This document shows, one piece after another, positions 6,059 through 10,740 of a stretch of DNA of 10,740 nucleotides; positions within the stretch are counted from its first letter, which is position 1, and each line of letters starts with the position of its first letter. Source of the stretch: Armatimonadia bacterium (GTDB taxonomy: Bacteria > Armatimonadota > Zipacnadia > Zipacnadales > UBA11051); the NCBI GenBank assembly GCA_039683575.1, contig JBDKRC010000187.1, forward strand, positions 1 through 10,740. Reading direction: 5' to 3'. Below the pieces are notes generated by a model. It did not search any database and was not told the DNA's origin. It worked only from the letters and a program-made list of their open reading frames with translations. Both the position numbers and the translations under genes were made by a program.

Positions 6059-7282
6059 CTACTTGACCATCTTCCAGGCGCCGTCCTTGATGGTTACAAG
6101 GGCGAAGGCATCCTTGGTAAGACCGCTATGGTCACTCGGCGAGAGATTGAACGTGCCGCCGACCCCGACATGGTTCTTGGTCTTCTCGAGTTCTGCACAG
6201 AGCTTGGCCCTGTCATCGCCAGCGACCTTGAGCGCGGCGATCAGGATCTGCAGGGCGTCGTAGGCATGGCCGCCGAAGGTGTTGGCGGGGGCGTTGGCAA
6301 AGGCCTGGTAATCGGCCGCGTACTTGGCCAGCACGGCCTTCTGGGGGTTAGAAGGATCCAGTTCACCCACTACCAGCAGTGCGCCGGCCGGGAAGATCAC
6401 GCCCTCAGCCGCGGGCCCGGCGAGCTCGATGAACTTCTTGTTGGCGATACCATGGCTCATGAACATCGGCATGGTCAGGCCGAGGCTCTTGGCGTTCTTG
6501 GCGACGACGGCGGGCCCGGGATTGGTGCCCCAGCAGATGGTCGCGCCGGGCTTTTTGGCCTTGATCTTGGTGAGCTGGGCGACCATGGAGGTGTCCTTGG
6601 TCAGGAACTGCTCTTCATCCACGATCTTGATCCCCGCCGCGGGTAGCTGCTTCTTAAGCTGCTCCGCGCCGCTCTGCCCGAAGGCGTTGCTATCGCAGAT
6701 GATCGCGACATTGCTGATCTTCTTGGCCTTCAGATAGTCCAGCAGCCGCTGCACGGCCAGGACGTCAGTCTGGGCGCTGGAGAGGATCCATTTGCGCTCG
6801 GCGATGGGGTTGGTGATCTTGGCGGAGGCGGCGCAGGAGACCATGGGCGTCCCGGTGGTCGTGCAGTCCTTGACGCAGGCGAGGGTCGTGCCGCTCATGG
6901 TCGGGCCGATGATGGCGAGGACTTTGTCCTGCTCGATGAGCTTCTTGGCGGCGAGGACGGCCTTGGATTCCTCGGTGGCGTCGTCTTCGATGATGATCTT
7001 CAGGGGCCGGCCGTTGATGCCGCCCTCGCTGTTGACCTTCTGCTCAACCATCTGCGCGGTGGCCTTCTCTGGCTCGCCGAGAGGCGCGCCGGGGCCAGTG
7101 ACTGAGAAGATGGCGCCGATAACGAAGGGCTGGCCGGTCGGGGCAGCGGCGGTGGGCGCCACGGGCGAGGCCGGAGGCGCGGTGGCAGGGGGAGCGGCGG
7201 GCTTGGGGCAGCCGGCGAGGATGAGGCAGGCGACCAGCGACAACACGGACAAAGCCAACAGGGTGCGCGAAAACAGGCGCAT
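6059..7282 (-). CDS. livK: HAAT-family (LivK/LivJ fold) ABC substrate-binding lipoprotein, 407 aa; ligand probably an aromatic or organic acid
   Basis: SD GAGGAGG 8 nt before the ATG at 7282. Lipobox LAG|C at Cys25, Pro/Ala linker, IGAIFSVTGPGAPLG, GGINGRPLKIIIEDD, YDA...L..AL, G.FNLSP.DH.GL. Confidence 0.9.
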   Translation of the reverse strand: MRLFSRTLLALSVLSLVACLILAGCPKPAAPPATAPPASPVAPTAAAPTGQPFVIGAIFSVTGPGAPLGEPEKATAQMVEQKVNSEGGINGRPLKIIIEDDATEESKAVLAAKKLIEQDKVLAIIGPTMSGTTLACVKDCTTTGTPMVSCAASAKITNPIAERKWILSSAQTDVLAVQRLLDYLKAKKISNVAIICDSNAFGQSGAEQLKKQLPAAGIKIVDEEQFLTKDTSMVAQLTKIKAKKPGATICWGTNPGPAVVAKNAKSLGLTMPMFMSHGIANKKFIELAGPAAEGVIFPAGALLVVGELDPSNPQKAVLAKYAADYQAFANAPANTFGGHAYDALQILIAALKVAGDDRAKLCAELEKTKNHVGVGGTFNLSPSDHSGLTKDAFALVTIKDGAWKMVK

Positions 7283-7410
7283 GGAACAACCCTCCTCGAA
7301 AGGGAAAGGCAGTCTCGGGCGCTCTGTCTCCACAGAGGGGCGAGGCCTACGCGCAGGCCCCGTGCCCGCCGCGCGCGCTCTAACGAGCACGGACGGTGGT
7401 GTGAGTTGAG

Positions 7411-7449
7411 ACAAAAAGACGGCATGATGATCTTCCGCATCACGCCGCC
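7411..7449 (-). terminator. Rho-independent terminator (end of the glycosyltransferase operon and/or an attenuator in the livK leader)
   Basis: Minus strand GGCGGCGUGAUG-CGGAAGAU-CAUCAUGCCGUC (12-bp stem, two G-U), immediately followed by UUUUUGU. Confidence 0.8.
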
Positions 7450-7455
7450 GTGGTA

Positions 7456-7484
7456 AGCATAGCAATTCTGACAGCCGCAGGCAA
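7456..7484 (-). promoter_or_regulatory. Candidate sigma70 promoter with extended -10, upstream of the ABC operon
   Basis: Minus strand TTGCCT (7484-7479), 17-nt spacer ending in TGc, TATGCT (7461-7456). Confidence 0.55.
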
Positions 7485-7503
7485 GGCCTGATTGACTATC
7501 AGA

Positions 7504-8622
7504 CTACCAGTTGGGTGCAGAACTGGCCTGCACACGCTCCAGCAGGGCCAGCACCTTCGCTGCAACTACGTCCTCCGAGTAAAGCGCCACCACTCCGTCC
7601 CGGCCACGCTCCCCCAACTCGACCCGCAGCGCGGGATCCTGCGACAGCCTCCCAAGCGCTGCCGCAAGTGCCGCCACGTCGCCCTCGGGATACACCAGGC
7701 CGCCACCGGCGCTTTCGATCAGTTCTGGGATGAAGCCCGAGTCTGACCCGACGACGGGTATTCCGCAGGCCATGGCCTCGGCGGCGGCGCGGCCGAACTG
7801 CTCCTGCCATGAGGGGGTCGTGTGCGAGGGCAGCACGAGCACGTCAAGTGATCGGTACCAGTCCGGCATCTGCTCGGGGGACAGCGTCCCCATGAGCTGC
7901 AGCGAAGCAGGGGGCAGTATGGTCGGGAGTTGGTCGCCCAGCGGTCCAGCGCCGACGATGGATAGGGTTGCGGGCGCGTCGCGCTGCAGTAGAGCCACGG
8001 CCTCCACGAGGTCCTGAATGCCCTTCTCGGCCACCAGGCGCCCCGCATACCCCACGCGGAAGCTTCCGCCGGGGGCTGGCCTTGCTCTGGGGGTGAAAAG
8101 CTCGACATCAATCGGGTAGTGCACGATCTCCGCCGGCCCGCGGTAGCCCTTGCGCTGCGCTACCTGCAGGCACTGCTGGGAGGTGGCGGCAGCCGCGGCG
8201 GCGCGGCGGTACGAGGCCCTCTCGATCCAGGCAAACGGCGGGGGGTAGCGCTTGAGGATATTCTGTTTGAGCGTGATGACGATCTGAAACTCCATGAGCC
8301 GCTGCAGGTCCAGGACCTGCCAGGCCACGAGGCTATGCGGGTCCTCGTCGAGGTAGAGCACATCGGGCAGCCCGTCGGTCAGCGCAGGCCCCAGATCGCT
8401 GTAGGTGTGGAGATGGAGGTTTCCCGAGAGGTGGACGCCCAGCGGGCGGGCTGCGTCCGCCAACTCGGGCAGCGGCTCGAAGTCCAGTTGGCCGTGCAGT
8501 GACGACCGCCAGCGCCGGGGCGCGACCAGTCGCAACTCAATGCCCTCATGGGCCGCTACCTTCGCCCAGAGCTTCTGGTTGGCAGGCAGCACGCACGAGT
8601 GGCTGATGACGGTGAGGCGCAT
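7504..8622 (-). CDS. GT4-family (GT-B fold) glycosyltransferase, 372 aa
   Basis: VGYAGRLVAEKG, LDVLVLPS, EX7E motif EQFGRAAAEAMACGIPVVGSDSG. ATG directly follows the upstream TAG. Confidence 0.9.
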   Translation of the reverse strand: MRLTVISHSCVLPANQKLWAKVAAHEGIELRLVAPRRWRSSLHGQLDFEPLPELADAARPLGVHLSGNLHLHTYSDLGPALTDGLPDVLYLDEDPHSLVAWQVLDLQRLMEFQIVITLKQNILKRYPPPFAWIERASYRRAAAAAATSQQCLQVAQRKGYRGPAEIVHYPIDVELFTPRARPAPGGSFRVGYAGRLVAEKGIQDLVEAVALLQRDAPATLSIVGAGPLGDQLPTILPPASLQLMGTLSPEQMPDWYRSLDVLVLPSHTTPSWQEQFGRAAAEAMACGIPVVGSDSGFIPELIESAGGGLVYPEGDVAALAAALGRLSQDPALRVELGERGRDGVVALYSEDVVAAKVLALLERVQASSAPNW

Positions 8623-9753
8623 CTAGGCTTCCCCCATCAGCGCGGCCTCGATCTCGGCGGCCTGGCGGTCCCAGGAGAAGCGCTGCGAGGCCAGCGCGGC
8701 GGCCTCGCCCATTTGGCGACGCAGTTGCGGATCAGCGGCGAGTGTGTTGAGGCGCGTTGCGATCTCTGTGGGGTCCTGCGAGATCAGGTAGCCGCTCACG
8801 CCGTCGGTGAGCAGCCGCTCGGCCACCCCTACTCGCGTCATCAGCACCGGCAATCCGCAGGCGGCGGCCTCGACGGCCACCAGGCCGAAGCCCTCGGCAT
8901 GGCCCGGAAACAGAAACAGGTCGGCGGCGTGGTAGTACTCCCAGGGGTGGTCAGTTGGCGGCAGGAAGTGGAGACGGTCCGCTACGCCGAGCTTCTGGGC
9001 GAGAGCCAGGAACGGCGCGGGGTCATCACGTCCGGCGAGGCACAGATGAGCGCGCGGGTCCGACTGCGCCAGACCTTCGATGCTGTAGGTGACGCCCTTC
9101 TCGAGCCAGATGCCGCCCAGGAACAGGGCCAATACGGCGTCGTCGGGTAGTTCCAGTTGCTTTCGCAGGGCGGCACGCGCGGGATCGTTGGCATCAGGGC
9201 GGAAGCGTTCGTGATCAACGCCGTTCTCGCAGACCGTCATATCCTCGCGCGGCACGTCGTGGTACCGGGCCAGCAGGTCTGCCAGTTCGGCCGACACGGT
9301 AAGCGTGTGGCCGTCGCGGCAGCGGCGCACGGCGCGGCGTTCGAGGGCGACGACGATCCGGTACCAGACCGTGCGGATGAGGCGCTGCAGCAGGCTGGGG
9401 GGGCGGAGCCGCCAGTAGTGCGATCTGGTCAGCTCCCAGCGCCGCGCGAGACAGTTGTGAACGAGGGTGTGCGTCTGGTTGAGCGCATTGCCACCCTGTG
9501 ACAATATGGCGTCAAACTGGCTGCGCTTGACCGCGAACAGCGAGGCGACCACAATCCACAGCGCGCGGGCCATGAAGAAATGGCAAGGGGGCTTGCGGAG
9601 ACGATGTACGGTGACGCTCTCGGGGAGGTCGGCGGCGGTATAGCAGAAGATATGGACGTCATGGCGCGGCGCGAGGCGCTGGGCGAGTTCGGCGACCACG
9701 CGCTCCTGCCCGGCCACCTTGTTGACGTCCTCAATGATGATGGCGATTCTCAT
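8623..9753 (-). CDS. GT4-family (GT-B fold) glycosyltransferase, 376 aa; start reassigned to MRIAIII
   Basis: GQER, NGVD..RFRP, KG, EX7E motif EGFGLVAVEAAACGLPV, FSWD. The ATG at 9753 forms an ATGA overlap with the GT2 stop. Confidence 0.9.
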   Translation of the reverse strand: MRIAIIIEDVNKVAGQERVVAELAQRLAPRHDVHIFCYTAADLPESVTVHRLRKPPCHFFMARALWIVVASLFAVKRSQFDAILSQGGNALNQTHTLVHNCLARRWELTRSHYWRLRPPSLLQRLIRTVWYRIVVALERRAVRRCRDGHTLTVSAELADLLARYHDVPREDMTVCENGVDHERFRPDANDPARAALRKQLELPDDAVLALFLGGIWLEKGVTYSIEGLAQSDPRAHLCLAGRDDPAPFLALAQKLGVADRLHFLPPTDHPWEYYHAADLFLFPGHAEGFGLVAVEAAACGLPVLMTRVGVAERLLTDGVSGYLISQDPTEIATRLNTLAADPQLRRQMGEAAALASQRFSWDRQAAEIEAALMGEA

Positions 9754-10664
9754 GAGGTCGCCGCCCGAGCATGGCGGGCTGTGGCGAGGCCGTCCATGGC
9801 CCCACGGAAGGCGGCCGCGACGATTCGCCACTTTGCCGGCTGCAGGGCCCCGTAGAGCAGGCCCGGGCGCAATCGCGTCCCCACCAGCAGGACATATAGC
9901 GTAGCCGCCGCACGACTTGGGCCCCGCAGGTGCTTGCGGACCATGTACATCCAGTCATGGGCATCGAGATACGCCAGCTTCGGGTCCAGCAGGTTGCGGC
10001 CGCCGGGGCTGCCGACGCGTGGGGCCGGGTAGTGGTCCACTTTCGCCTCGGGGTCGAAGATCAGCGTCCCATGCCGTCCGACCGCCAGCGAGAGTTCGGT
10101 GTCATTGTAGTGCGGCCCGCGGATGTTGCGGTCAAGCGGCGGCACCAGTGCCCGGCGGAAGGACATGTTCACGCCCTTGAGATGCTGCGCGGGCCGGGGA
10201 CCGCCGGTAACATTGCAGTGGTGGTTGCCGATGATGCGGCCATACCAGGTGAGCACGCCCACGCGCGAGACCGTCGGCGGCTCCGGCAGCCCCTCCACGT
10301 GCACCACATCGCGTCCGCCCGCCCCAACGACCGCTGGATCGCTGTAATGGGCCGCCAGGCGCTTGAGCCAGTCCGGGCGCGGAATGCTGTCATCGTCTGG
10401 AAAGCAGATGATATCGCCGGTAGCCACGGCCAGTCCGGCATTCATGGCAGCGATCTGTCCCGGCTCAGAGACCACTACGACCTTAAGTCCGGAAGACGGG
10501 TGTGAGAGCCGCCAGGAGTCTACAACCTCACGGTTGGGGGTGTCGGTGTCGCGGACGACGACGATGATCTCGTCAGGGGGTAGTGCGGCAGCCGCAAGCG
10601 CGTCCAGGCAGCGCACGAGGCTGTCAGGACGGCCGTAGCTGGGGATGAGGGCGGTTATAGTCAT
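9750..10664 (-). CDS. GT2-family (GT-A fold) glycosyltransferase, 304 aa; start reassigned to MTITALIPSY
   Basis: N-terminal LIPSYGR...CL.AL, NAGL..ATGDIICFPDDD (DxD), P.PDWL, GVNMSFRR. Confidence 0.9.
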   Translation of the reverse strand: MTITALIPSYGRPDSLVRCLDALAAAALPPDEIIVVVRDTDTPNREVVDSWRLSHPSSGLKVVVVSEPGQIAAMNAGLAVATGDIICFPDDDSIPRPDWLKRLAAHYSDPAVVGAGGRDVVHVEGLPEPPTVSRVGVLTWYGRIIGNHHCNVTGGPRPAQHLKGVNMSFRRALVPPLDRNIRGPHYNDTELSLAVGRHGTLIFDPEAKVDHYPAPRVGSPGGRNLLDPKLAYLDAHDWMYMVRKHLRGPSRAAATLYVLLVGTRLRPGLLYGALQPAKWRIVAAAFRGAMDGLATARHARAATS

Positions 10665-10683
10665 GGAGTGGGAGGCTCCGGCT

Positions 10684-10708
10684 GTAGGGCGGGGGCGTGT
10701 CCCCCGCC
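10684..10708 (+). repeat. GTAG-type REP palindrome upstream of the GT2 gene; probable inverted partner truncated at the window edge
   Basis: GTAG-GGCGGGGG-CGTGT-CCCCCGCC (perfect 8-bp stem). The window ends with GGCGGGG (10734-10740), which is the start of this element's reverse complement. Confidence 0.65.
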
Positions 10709-10740
10709 GCATCGCTGATCGGTGCCCGCGGACGGCGGGG

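Noticed and set aside
7305-7325. GCCCGAGACTGCC resembles the 3' B12-box of cobalamin riboswitches
   Set aside because: The upstream core elements (GGGAA, GCCACTG, ACTGT) are absent, and the downstream genes are not B12-related.
7000-7443. Possible attenuator leader peptide starting in the terminator stem (MMRKIIMPSF...)
   Set aside because: No SD, no run of regulatory codons, and the frame continues for 147 codons into livK out of frame rather than stopping early.
236-10638. Numerous plus-strand and alternate-frame ORFs (e.g. 578-1057, 2610-3233, 4509-5078, 6056-6646, 6792-7409, 8548-9150, 9930-10505)
   Set aside because: They overlap well-supported genes, lack recognisable motifs, and are expected from stop-codon scarcity in GC-rich DNA.
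5966-10712. N-terminal extensions in the ORF track (starts at 6055, 7465, 9831, 10712)
   Set aside because: They run through hairpins, a terminator, the upstream gene or a REP. The downstream ATGs (5965, 7282, 9753, 10664) fit the family N-termini and, for 7282 and 9753, a strong SD or a stop-start overlap.
1-10740. tRNA, rRNA, transposase, integrase, phage or defence genes
   Set aside because: None recognisable; the coding space is accounted for by the genes listed.

Overview
High-GC bacterial window with every credible gene on the minus strand, in three blocks. Right to left: (1) three translationally coupled glycosyltransferases (one GT2, two GT4; 7504-10664), followed by an intrinsic terminator; (2) a HAAT/Liv-type ABC importer (lipoprotein SBP, livH, livM, livG, livF) plus a phenylacetate-CoA ligase (PaaK)-family gene (1067-7282); (3) a separately promoted operon of unknown exported Pro/Gly-rich proteins (1-905). 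The second gene of block 3 (183 to the left edge) is missing from the ORF track. Most interesting: (a) the two exported proteins share the cleavage-site/mature N-terminal motif SG[MV]xA|Q[DE]EGGPPPA[DE]A...GPPGGGP, and from the Gln onward their codons differ only at third positions; (b) the PaaK homologue has Thr where the catalytic A10 Lys is expected; (c) the ABC operon has a densely structured leader, with a promoter firing into a terminator, a three-way junction and an SD-sequestering hairpin; (d) there are two related GTAG-type REP palindromes and an AGGAT micro-repeat in the spacers. Family assignments come from motif recognition by eye; no database searches were run.
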